Shown here: positions 26,894 to 34,964 of the stretch, piece after piece
Position numbering within the stretch: the first letter of the stretch is position 1
How the letters are laid out: the number at the start of each line of letters is the position of its first letter
From: an uncultured Acidimicrobiia bacterium
GTDB taxonomy: Bacteria; Actinomycetota; Acidimicrobiia; Spongiisociales; ZC4RG35
Direction: 5' to 3'
DNA: 64,000 bases
Assembly: GCA_964195405.1 (NCBI GenBank)
Contig: CAXMPK010000119.1
Coordinates: forward strand, 13,075-77,074
Translations under genes and position numbers: made by a program
Notes under the pieces: model-generated
Database searches by the model: none
Told to the model about the DNA's origin: nothing
What the model saw: the letters and a program-made list of their open reading frames with translations, nothing else

Positions 26894-28078
26894 TCACCTC
26901 TCAATCAGATCGGCGATTGCGGCGACGCCACGCCGGATCTCTTCCTCACCGACGGCATAAGAAAGACGGAGATAGCCGGGTGCCCCGAATGACTCGCCGG
27001 GGACCAAAGCGACGCTTGCCTGGTCGATGATTGCTTCGGCGAGGTCCGCCGAAGTTGGATATTGCTCACCCAGCGCTTCGCTCACGTTGGGGAAGACATA
27101 AAAGGCGCCTTGGGGCTCCACACAATGGAAGCCGGAGACTTCGGAGACCAGCGAATACATCAGGTCCCGTCGCTTGGCGAAAGCGTCGCGCATCACATCG
27201 ACGGTGTCCTGAGGGCCAGTGAGCGCGGCCAGTGCGGCATGTTGAGACACATTGGAGACGTTGGAGGTAGCGTGTGACTGGAGCCGTGCCGCCGCGGCCA
27301 TCACATCGATTGGGCCGATCATCCACCCGACCCGCCAGCCGGTCATCGCGAAACTCTTTGCCACACCGTTGATAATGATCCAATTCTCAAAGCGGGGGGT
27401 GACGGCCACGATGGAGGGAGCGACGCCACCCTCGTAGTAGAGACGTTGGTAGATCTCGTCGGTGATGACCCAGACATCGTGCTGGGCCGCCCATTGACCG
27501 ATGGCCTTTGCCTCGTCGGCGGTGTAGACCGAACCGGTTGGGTTGGATGGCGAGACGAACACCAGGGCCTGGGTGCGCTCGGTCAGGGCAGCATCCAGGT
27601 CTTCAACCGTCACTTTGAAGCCAGATTCCGGGCCGGTCTCCACAGGAATTGGGACACCTCCGGCCAGCTCTATACCCGCCGGGTAGGTCACCCAGTAAGG
27701 AGCGGGGAGGAGCACCTCGTCGCCGGGATCGATGAGGGCTGCGAAGGTTTGAAACACTGCCTGCTTTGCGCCGTTTGTCACCACGACTTCAGACGAGTCG
27801 ACTTCGACGCCCGAGTTGATGGCGGTGTATTCGGCCACCGCTTCTCGCAAGGGCGGTAACCCCTGGTTGGCCGTGTACTTGTGGTTGGCGGGGTCGTGGG
27901 CAGCCCGGGCCGCCGCAGCCACGATGTGCTCCGGGGTGGGGAAGTCGGGCTCGCCGGCCGCGAAAGAGATGACCTCGCGACCCTCGGCGCGCAATTCACG
28001 GGCACGGCTGCTGATGGCCATCGTCGCCGAGGCTGGGATCGCGGCGAGACGACGGGAGACTCTCTTCATAGACGGCAT
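26894..28078 (-). CDS. pyridoxal phosphate-dependent aminotransferase (class I, AspC-like)
   Basis: PLP-lysine context SKSFAMTGWRVGW, plus NPTGSVY. Confidence 0.85.
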   Translation of the reverse strand: MPSMKRVSRRLAAIPASATMAISSRARELRAEGREVISFAAGEPDFPTPEHIVAAAARAAHDPANHKYTANQGLPPLREAVAEYTAINSGVEVDSSEVVVTNGAKQAVFQTFAALIDPGDEVLLPAPYWVTYPAGIELAGGVPIPVETGPESGFKVTVEDLDAALTERTQALVFVSPSNPTGSVYTADEAKAIGQWAAQHDVWVITDEIYQRLYYEGGVAPSIVAVTPRFENWIIINGVAKSFAMTGWRVGWMIGPIDVMAAAARLQSHATSNVSNVSQHAALAALTGPQDTVDVMRDAFAKRRDLMYSLVSEVSGFHCVEPQGAFYVFPNVSEALGEQYPTSADLAEAIIDQASVALVPGESFGAPGYLRLSYAVGEEEIRRGVAAIADLIER

Positions 28079-28114
28079 CGTACGACTTGACTAGCGGGTA
28101 AGAAGATTGGCCTC

Positions 28115-28324
28115 TTAGGAGAAACTCCACATGATCAACCCGATCACAAGCGTCAAGACGATGGTCCCAACGACGATCAGCACAACACCTGACGACTTCA
28201 GTTCCGGTGGCGCCTTTCTCGGGGCGCCTGACCAATCGTCGCCGTTCCAGTAGCGCTGCATCCCTTTTCTGCCGTCGGGATGGTCATACCAACCAGGTTC
28301 TGAGGGTGTTTCCGAGTGCGTCAT
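28115..28324 (-). CDS. DUF2510-like small membrane protein
   Basis: PGWYDHPDG...RYWNGDDWS N-terminal motif, followed by one TM helix. Confidence 0.5.
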   Translation of the reverse strand: MTHSETPSEPGWYDHPDGRKGMQRYWNGDDWSGAPRKAPPELKSSGVVLIVVGTIVLTLVIGLIMWSFS

Positions 28325-28336
28325 GTTTCGTCGATG

Positions 28337-29104
28337 TTACGCACAACTATGGAGCGGTCGGTAACGCCAACGGTCGACGACACGCCCGTCACGGTCGAGG
28401 AGCAATGCCATGTCACCGTCGTTGTTCCAGACCGGCGATCCTCCCGGATCCCAGGCGAGGTCGGCACTGCTTATGGTCATGTGGGCTCCCGGTTGAAGAG
28501 CCGACCCGTTAGGGAACCGGTAGCGATGTCGTGACGACTCGTCCCGCACCGTCCATCCCGAGAGGTCAACTTCGGCAGACTCGTTATTGATGATCACAAT
28601 GGTCTCCTTTGAGGGATCCAGAGCGATGATCATGATCTGGGGGATCGGTCCTGACCCACAAGCGTCGCCGGACCAGAGACCGATGTCGTTTTCGAAGGCT
28701 CCCTCTTCTTCAACCAGGTACCCGCTCCCCGAGTCGGGCGTGGTGGCGAGGGCCAGGCCCATCTCGACCAGCTCGACATTGACATTCCGGTCGTCGTCCC
28801 AGACATGGGCCAGAGTTCGGCCGAACTGATCCAGAGTGGCGCCGATATCAAGTCTGACATTGCGGCCTTTCAAGGTGTCGATCAGATGGTCAAGCGACTC
28901 CTTGTAGAAACACTCGTCATTCTCGGGAGCGTTGATGTCGAGAAGCCGGACATCGATGTTTCCCTGATCTAGGTCAACAGCGATGGTGTCACCGTCATAA
29001 ATCCAGGTCACGACACCCAATGAGCCTTTGGGGGTTGTCTGTCCGGGGGTGGCCGTTGGCGTGCACGCTGTCGTCAGGAGCATGACGACAGCGACCACGC
29101 GCAA
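28337..29104 (-). CDS. secreted thermonuclease (SNase-like) with a C-terminal lamin-tail domain, lipoprotein
   Basis: Lipobox LTTAC. SNase motifs IYDGDTI and RLLDINAPE. LTD-like C-terminus GWTVRD...NNDGDMALLLD. Confidence 0.6.
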   Translation of the reverse strand: MRVVAVVMLLTTACTPTATPGQTTPKGSLGVVTWIYDGDTIAVDLDQGNIDVRLLDINAPENDECFYKESLDHLIDTLKGRNVRLDIGATLDQFGRTLAHVWDDDRNVNVELVEMGLALATTPDSGSGYLVEEEGAFENDIGLWSGDACGSGPIPQIMIIALDPSKETIVIINNESAEVDLSGWTVRDESSRHRYRFPNGSALQPGAHMTISSADLAWDPGGSPVWNNDGDMALLLDRDGRVVDRWRYRPLHSCA

Positions 29105-29109
29105 TGTTT

Positions 29110-29424
29110 TCAGTCGTCGCCCCTCAGCTGGCGCAGCTCGTGTTTCTCGGCGCGTCGTGCCCTTCGTTTTCGTCTGTAGAAGGCCCCCGACAGCAGGGCG
29201 AGAACAGCGGCGGACACGGCGGTGACAAGGATGACGATCGACAGCGGAAACTCGGCCGACAGCCAGAGGAAGTCAATGGCCACTGTTTCGGTGTTCTGAA
29301 CGGCGAAGACCACCAGGAGGACCACTCCAAGCGTCCCCACGATTCCTCCCCAGGGGATTCCGTCACTCGACGGAGGTGTCGGGTCGCTGTCCGATGTTTC
29401 GTCAATCTCAAGAATCTCGCCCAT
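29110..29424 (-). CDS. LapA/DUF1049-like small membrane protein
   Basis: Two TM helices followed by a basic tail YRRKRRARRAEKHELRQL. The start is trimmed to MGEILEI. Confidence 0.45.
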   Translation of the reverse strand: MGEILEIDETSDSDPTPPSSDGIPWGGIVGTLGVVLLVVFAVQNTETVAIDFLWLSAEFPLSIVILVTAVSAAVLALLSGAFYRRKRRARRAEKHELRQLRGDD

Positions 29425-29435
29425 GGGCAAAGAGC

Positions 29436-30773
29436 CTATCCGCTGTCGGTGAGCACCCATCTCTCTCGCGATGCCCTGGCTTCCTCGACGTCGACTCTGG
29501 AGAGGAGGATCAAGCCCACGCTGAAGAAGAACACCACCGACAAGATCGCCGGCCGTCCCGAGCCGGTGGCGTTACTGACGATTGCGAATACCAGGGGACC
29601 GAAGATTGCTGAGAACTTGGAAAAAACCGAGAAGAACCCGTAGAACTCTGCCGACCCCTCCTCCGGGATCATCGATCCGTAGAGACTCCGTGACAATGCC
29701 TGCACACCGCCGAGCACGAAGCCGACGAACACTGCGAGCCCGTACAGCGGCAAAGCTTGACCCTCGGGTAGGAAGTAGGCAGCGATTGCGATCCCTATCC
29801 ATACGACCAGTGAGATCATGATCGCCCCCTTGGCACCGACCCGGCCGGCCAGGGAGCCAAAAGCCAACGCCCCGCCAAATGCAACGAACTGAACGATCAG
29901 AAACACAATGATTATCTCTGCCGCTTCCAATTTGAGTGTCTCTTCCGCATAGGCACCTGACACTGCGATCACTGTTTGAGTGGCGTCGTTATAGAAGAGG
30001 TAGGCAACGATGAAGAGAAGCAGCTGTTTGAAGCCAAGAAGCTTCTTGCCGGTCGAAAGAGTGCGCCCAAACCCGATCTTCCAGTAGGCCAGCATCTTTG
30101 GCTGACCCCTTAGGGCCTCTGGAAGTTCAGTGGCGTCTCCTTCATCAGGGAGGCGTTTCAGTGAGACGGAAGTGAAGATCAGCCACCACACACCGGCACC
30201 TGCGATGCCGATCCGCGATGCAGTAGCCACCGAAAGACCGGTCGTGCTGTCATCACCGCTGAGGAGGATCAGCACAAGTGCGAGGAGCACATAGAGACCG
30301 CCCCCGATGTAGCCAAAGGCAAAGCCCCTGGAGGAGACTTTGTCGATCGTCTCGTCCGTCGAGATGTCGGGGAGAAAACCATCGTAAAACACGTTGGCGG
30401 CCACGAACCCCATCTGGCCGAGGAGAACAACCACCAGGAAGAGTGGGACCGACCCGTCGGGGACAAGGGGGAGGGCGATGGTGATCAGCGCGCCTGCCGT
30501 CGCAAAAAAGCGGAGGAAGCGCTTCTTCGCTGCTGCGTAGTCGGCCACTGCTCCGAGCACCGGCATGATCAGGAACAGGACCACTGCACCGATCGAGATC
30601 ACCAGCGACCACAGGGTTTGGCCGCTCAACCCGTTCCACCCGTCGTCGACGATGACTCCGGTGAAGAAGGCGGCGACGATTGCGGCGAAGGTGGTGATGT
30701 ACGCCGAGTTGGCCCAGTCGTACATTGCCCACCCGAAGATGGTGCGTCGGTCGTTCTTCGATGCTTGGTTCAC
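29436..30773 (-). CDS. MFS transporter, UMF1 (Atg22-like) family
   Basis: N-terminal GWAMYDWANSAY signature. A paralog of the 24491-25774 gene. Confidence 0.75.
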   Translation of the reverse strand: MNQASKNDRRTIFGWAMYDWANSAYITTFAAIVAAFFTGVIVDDGWNGLSGQTLWSLVISIGAVVLFLIMPVLGAVADYAAAKKRFLRFFATAGALITIALPLVPDGSVPLFLVVVLLGQMGFVAANVFYDGFLPDISTDETIDKVSSRGFAFGYIGGGLYVLLALVLILLSGDDSTTGLSVATASRIGIAGAGVWWLIFTSVSLKRLPDEGDATELPEALRGQPKMLAYWKIGFGRTLSTGKKLLGFKQLLLFIVAYLFYNDATQTVIAVSGAYAEETLKLEAAEIIIVFLIVQFVAFGGALAFGSLAGRVGAKGAIMISLVVWIGIAIAAYFLPEGQALPLYGLAVFVGFVLGGVQALSRSLYGSMIPEEGSAEFYGFFSVFSKFSAIFGPLVFAIVSNATGSGRPAILSVVFFFSVGLILLSRVDVEEARASRERWVLTDSG

Positions 30774-30827
30774 AAAATGAAGCTAGTGGTCGGGCCTAAA
30801 ACTGGCCACCAAATAGCCTGTCCGACA

Positions 30828-32021
30828 ATGCGTCGGCTATTAGTTGTTTTATCGGCCCTGATTGTGGCGTGTTCTTCTGCGGGGGAGCTGGCCCCTACCA
30901 CCTCTGCCGCGAAGAGTGTTGCCACGACTCCGACCTTGGCCCCCACAACCACGGGTGGTCTCATCAGCACGACGAGTACCACAGCCAACCAGGGCGATTC
31001 GACGACAACAACCGGCCCTCGGGTACTGGAACCACTCATCGGCCTCGAATACCAGGAGATAGCCACCATCGACTTTCCTATTCACCTGGTGGCCCGGCCG
31101 GGAGACGACAACTCCTATCTCGCTACCAAAGATGGGCGGGTCTGGCTGGTTGAGGGGGGTGCGGTCCATGAGACCTTGCTCGACATCAGGGACAAGGTGC
31201 GTGACAGCGGTGAGCAGGGGCTGCTCTCGCTGGCGGTGAAGCAGGACGATCCCGACCACCTTTATCTGCACTACTCGGCGAAAGACGGTGCCACGGTGGT
31301 GTCGGAGTTCACGTTCATCAGCCAGGCAGGGTCGGTCGATCCAGAAAGTGAAAGGGTTCTACTTCAGCTCGATCAACCTGCTCGCAACCACAACGGCGGG
31401 ATGATCCAATTTGGACCCGATGGAGGTCTGTATCTCGGTCTTGGTGATGGCGGAGGCCGCGGAGACCGTTTCAACAACGCGCAGAACCGCGACACTCTGT
31501 TGGGGGGCTTGGTGAGGATCGACGTCGAATCCGGTGACGCTGAATTTTTTCAATATGGACTGCGTAACCCGTGGCGATTCTGGATCGACGGTTCCACCGT
31601 TTACGTCGCTGACGTTGGTCAGGGGGCGTTCGAGGAGATTTCGGTGGCAGCCCTGATCCCCAACGTGAACTATGGCTGGCCGATCACCGAGGGTTTGCAT
31701 TGCTTTCGACCCAGATCTGACTGCGACACCCTCGGCTTGACCCTTCCCGTCGTCGAGGTCCCGCATGGGGATGGCGGTACCTGTTCGATCACGGGCGGGG
31801 TGGTTTACCGGGGCCAGGCGATCCCCGAACTCGACGGCACTTTCTTCTTCTCTGACTATTGCGGTGGATATCTGCGCGGCCTGATGGAGGGGGAAGTCAC
31901 CGATTTCACTGACGAGGTGGGCGCGCTCGCGCGGGTGGCCAGTTTTGGCCTCGATGGCTCTGGCGAGGCGTACGTCATGACCATCGACCGGCTTCTCAGG
32001 CTGGTGCCGGTTCGAGGTTGA
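30828..32021 (+). CDS. PQQ-dependent sugar dehydrogenase (glucose/sorbosone dehydrogenase family), lipoprotein
   Basis: Lipobox LIVAC and a Thr-rich linker. Beta-propeller motifs NHNGGMIQFGPDGGLYLGLGDGG and GLRNPWRF. The start is trimmed to MRRLLVV. Confidence 0.75.
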   Translation: MRRLLVVLSALIVACSSAGELAPTTSAAKSVATTPTLAPTTTGGLISTTSTTANQGDSTTTTGPRVLEPLIGLEYQEIATIDFPIHLVARPGDDNSYLATKDGRVWLVEGGAVHETLLDIRDKVRDSGEQGLLSLAVKQDDPDHLYLHYSAKDGATVVSEFTFISQAGSVDPESERVLLQLDQPARNHNGGMIQFGPDGGLYLGLGDGGGRGDRFNNAQNRDTLLGGLVRIDVESGDAEFFQYGLRNPWRFWIDGSTVYVADVGQGAFEEISVAALIPNVNYGWPITEGLHCFRPRSDCDTLGLTLPVVEVPHGDGGTCSITGGVVYRGQAIPELDGTFFFSDYCGGYLRGLMEGEVTDFTDEVGALARVASFGLDGSGEAYVMTIDRLLRLVPVRG

Positions 32022-32040
32022 GCGTCTATAGGCTCCGGTC

Positions 32041-32463
32041 ATGGCCACCATTTTCACCGGAATCATCGAAGGCGAGATCCCTGGCACATTTGTCTGGAAG
32101 GATGACGAGTGTGTCGCCTTCATGTCGATCAACCCACTTCGAACCGGTCACACGCTGGTGGTTCCGAGACTTGAGGTCGACCATTGGATCGAGTGCCCGC
32201 TGGATTTGCGTCATCATCTTTTCGATGTCTCCCAGACCATTGGCAAGGCAATCGACAAGGTCTACGGTGCTGAGAAGGTTGGGATGATGATCGCCGGTCT
32301 TGAGGTGCCTCATCTCCACATTCACCTGGTGCCAATGGACGGTGTCCACGATCTCGACTTCGCCAACGCCGCCGTCTCGGTCGACCGTGACGACCTCGAA
32401 GAAGCCGCCTCTTCGATTCGGTACGTCTTGACCAGTCATGGGGCCAGCGGGGTTTCCGACTAG
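32041..32463 (+). CDS. HIT family protein
   Basis: Histidine triad HLHIHLVP. Confidence 0.8.
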   Translation: MATIFTGIIEGEIPGTFVWKDDECVAFMSINPLRTGHTLVVPRLEVDHWIECPLDLRHHLFDVSQTIGKAIDKVYGAEKVGMMIAGLEVPHLHIHLVPMDGVHDLDFANAAVSVDRDDLEEAASSIRYVLTSHGASGVSD

Positions 32464-33294
32464 GTGGGCATATTCCTAGGGGGCCTAGCCTCCCTCTTCT
32501 GGGGCGTTGGTGACTTTCTGGGCGGAGAGGGGGCAAAGCAGGCGCCGGCGGCGTCTGTAGTTATTTGGGCAGGTGTGTTCTCGTTTCCTGTGGTGACGGT
32601 GGTCGCTTTGGGGATAGGTGGGACCGTGTCGATCGTCGACGTTGGGCTGGGTGTGGCCGCCGGCGCCGGGGGAGCGCTTGGTCTGGTGTTTCTCTTTGCT
32701 GGATTGGGGAAGGGTCAGGCCGCCGCGGTAGCACCGGCTTCGGGGGCATTGACCGGGATCCTTCCCGTCGGAGTTGCGTTGCTGTTGGGGGAAAGACCCT
32801 CTGTGCTCGCCTGGGCCGGCGTCGTTTTGGCAATTCCTGCCATCGTTCTCTGCTCTTGGGTGGCCGAGCCGGGTGACGTGCCGCATGGAGGTCTTTGGTA
32901 CGGCGTGATAGCTGGTTTGGGTTTCGGGAGCTACACAATCCTGATCAGCATGACCAGCGAGACAGCCGAGCTGCTGCCATTGATTCCGGCTCGGGCGGCG
33001 ACGATGGCAGTTGTCGCCCTTGTGGCTGTCTTCGGTGTGTGGAAGGTGGTTGGGTTCGCCAAGGTACCGAAGATGATTGTGATCGGCAGTGGTCTTTTCG
33101 ACGTAGGGGCCAACATGACACTTCTGGCAGGGCTCAGGCTTGGCTCGCTGGCGTTGGTGTCAGTTTCGGCATCGCTATTCCCGGCAGTGACGGTAGTTCT
33201 GGCACGGGTGGTAAACCATGAGCATCTCCGGGCCCGCCAGGTGCTGGGATTGGTGATGGTCCTCGTCGCAATCACGGCTATCGCCCTCGGTTAG
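32464..33294 (+). CDS. DMT family transporter (EamA-like)
   Basis: Ten predicted TM segments with Gly-rich EamA repeats. Confidence 0.65.
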   Translation: MGIFLGGLASLFWGVGDFLGGEGAKQAPAASVVIWAGVFSFPVVTVVALGIGGTVSIVDVGLGVAAGAGGALGLVFLFAGLGKGQAAAVAPASGALTGILPVGVALLLGERPSVLAWAGVVLAIPAIVLCSWVAEPGDVPHGGLWYGVIAGLGFGSYTILISMTSETAELLPLIPARAATMAVVALVAVFGVWKVVGFAKVPKMIVIGSGLFDVGANMTLLAGLRLGSLALVSVSASLFPAVTVVLARVVNHEHLRARQVLGLVMVLVAITAIALG

Positions 33295-33301
33295 CGACCT
33301 T

Positions 33302-33754
33302 CTATGACGTGACGGAAGGGTTGGTCCCGATGACCAGCCACGTCCCGAATATGACCAATGCGATTCCGCCGAGACGTCTGGCGTCGAGAGGGTGAGCGGT
33401 CCCAAAAAGGCCGAAGTTGTCGATCAATGCCCCAATTGCGATCGACGCCCCCGTAAACAATGTGAGACCAGCCCCCAAGCCGAGATTGGAGATGGTTATG
33501 CCCAACGAAGCCACAATCACGAGCCCCATCAGACCCGCAGTGAGAGCCCACCACGGCACCTCACGAAGATCGGAGAGTCGTGCTCCACCGAACGCAAGCA
33601 TCATCAGCGCAATTGCCAGTCCACCACCGCCGTATGTCACAAACGTGGAGACCAGGGTTCCTGCTTTTGCTTCCATGATTCCCACAAAGGAACCCTGGAG
33701 CGCACCGGCCAGGCCGCCGACAACGCCTATTAAGACAACGAGGATCATGCTCAT
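33302..33754 (-). CDS. DMT-superfamily small membrane protein (DUF606-like)
   Basis: 150 aa with four TM helices and Gly-rich segments. Confidence 0.45.
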   Translation of the reverse strand: MSMILVVLIGVVGGLAGALQGSFVGIMEAKAGTLVSTFVTYGGGGLAIALMMLAFGGARLSDLREVPWWALTAGLMGLVIVASLGITISNLGLGAGLTLFTGASIAIGALIDNFGLFGTAHPLDARRLGGIALVIFGTWLVIGTNPSVTS

Positions 33755-34905
33755 GTTCGATCATGGTGGTCGGCCAGCTTCTCGTAGTCGCGGATTGTTC
33801 GGTCGAGATACCGGACCGCGGTGTCGTAACCCTGAAGGGCCTGATTGGTGGTGTAGGCGAGAACCCGCATCAGCCACAGTCGAAACGCCAACGCCTCCCA
33901 TGCCGGGTCGCCCAACCGAAACTCGTTGTGGAGGACAGCCAGGGTCTCGCCCCACGTGGACGCATCCATGAAATCGAAATGGGGTGCCTGGTGATTCCGG
34001 AGAACTTCAACCGCAAGAGGCTCCGGCAAGCTTTCTGCAAGTTTCTGCTCACCGGGTTGCCACGCCGCGTTGAGCAACGTGATGGTTGGGTTGACATCGT
34101 AAGCCACGGTGTTCTTGAGATCATCGGGAACCGGGGCGGGGGGATCGGCGGCAAATTCAGTCTCACCGTTCGGGCTTTCTTTCCCGCGAAGACTGATCAC
34201 CGCATCCAGGCATTCAATTGCCATGGCCCTGATCTCGTCGAGAGTCCCGTAGAGGGCATGACGCTTGCCCTCAGCAACGTTGTGTTCATAAACCGGCAGA
34301 CCGAGTGTTGTGGTGGCGTGGGTGATCATGGTGTCAACACCCCAGTCAGAGCGCGCCTGCACCGAAGAGTCCGAGGCGAGAGCGGCGATCGCCTCCCCGG
34401 TCAAAAGCATCTCGCCACCGAGCGGCTGGCCCAATCGGGGAAGGACAGTGCCGGGAAAGAGCATGGCCAGGGATGGCCTTGTGATCATCCAAGTGATCAT
34501 TGCGTCCGTCGACGCCCGAGGGAACCTATGGCGTACAACGCCATAACCCCGATCTACCGCCGTCTCGGCTCCGTCTATCCAGTTGTCATCGAAGTTGGTG
34601 ATGTCAGCGTCGTAGAAGTGGACCCTGTCGAACCCACGCTCCGCAGCCCGCCGAATCGCGGTGTTCATCCCGTCCCCTTTGCCACTGCGAAAGACTCCGA
34701 TTCTCTCCTGGGCAAAGACCTCGATCGGTGTGGATTCGCCAGTCGCGATCTCACCCGAGATAGATGAGACCTCATTCATCTCAGGTCCGGCGGTGGCGGC
34801 AACCGCCCACACCTCGTCGACGCGACGGTGACGGGCCGCAGTCGTGAGGTTGGCGGCGATGACACTCAAGTCCTCCTGCTTGAAGGGAAAAACGATCAGG
34901 CTCAT
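33751..34905 (-). CDS. GT-A glycosyltransferase, probable mannosylglycerate synthase (GT78-like)
   Basis: MSLIVFPFK, GKGDGMNTA, HFYDADIT (DxD), RHRFPRASTDAMITWMITR, QPLGGE and RSDWGVDT match my recollection of Rhodothermus marinus mannosylglycerate synthase. The start is trimmed to MSLIVF. Confidence 0.5.
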   Translation of the reverse strand: MSLIVFPFKQEDLSVIAANLTTAARHRRVDEVWAVAATAGPEMNEVSSISGEIATGESTPIEVFAQERIGVFRSGKGDGMNTAIRRAAERGFDRVHFYDADITNFDDNWIDGAETAVDRGYGVVRHRFPRASTDAMITWMITRPSLAMLFPGTVLPRLGQPLGGEMLLTGEAIAALASDSSVQARSDWGVDTMITHATTTLGLPVYEHNVAEGKRHALYGTLDEIRAMAIECLDAVISLRGKESPNGETEFAADPPAPVPDDLKNTVAYDVNPTITLLNAAWQPGEQKLAESLPEPLAVEVLRNHQAPHFDFMDASTWGETLAVLHNEFRLGDPAWEALAFRLWLMRVLAYTTNQALQGYDTAVRYLDRTIRDYEKLADHHDRT

Positions 34906-34964
34906 GGAAATGTCCGGGATGGGGGGGCGGAATCTGTCACAACCGGCGTCTACTCTCGTGGCTG

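Noticed and set aside
30618-30827. 70-codon upstream extension of the sugar dehydrogenase ORF
   Set aside because: It overlaps the 3' end of the convergent MFS gene. A clean lipoprotein signal peptide starts at MRRLLVV.
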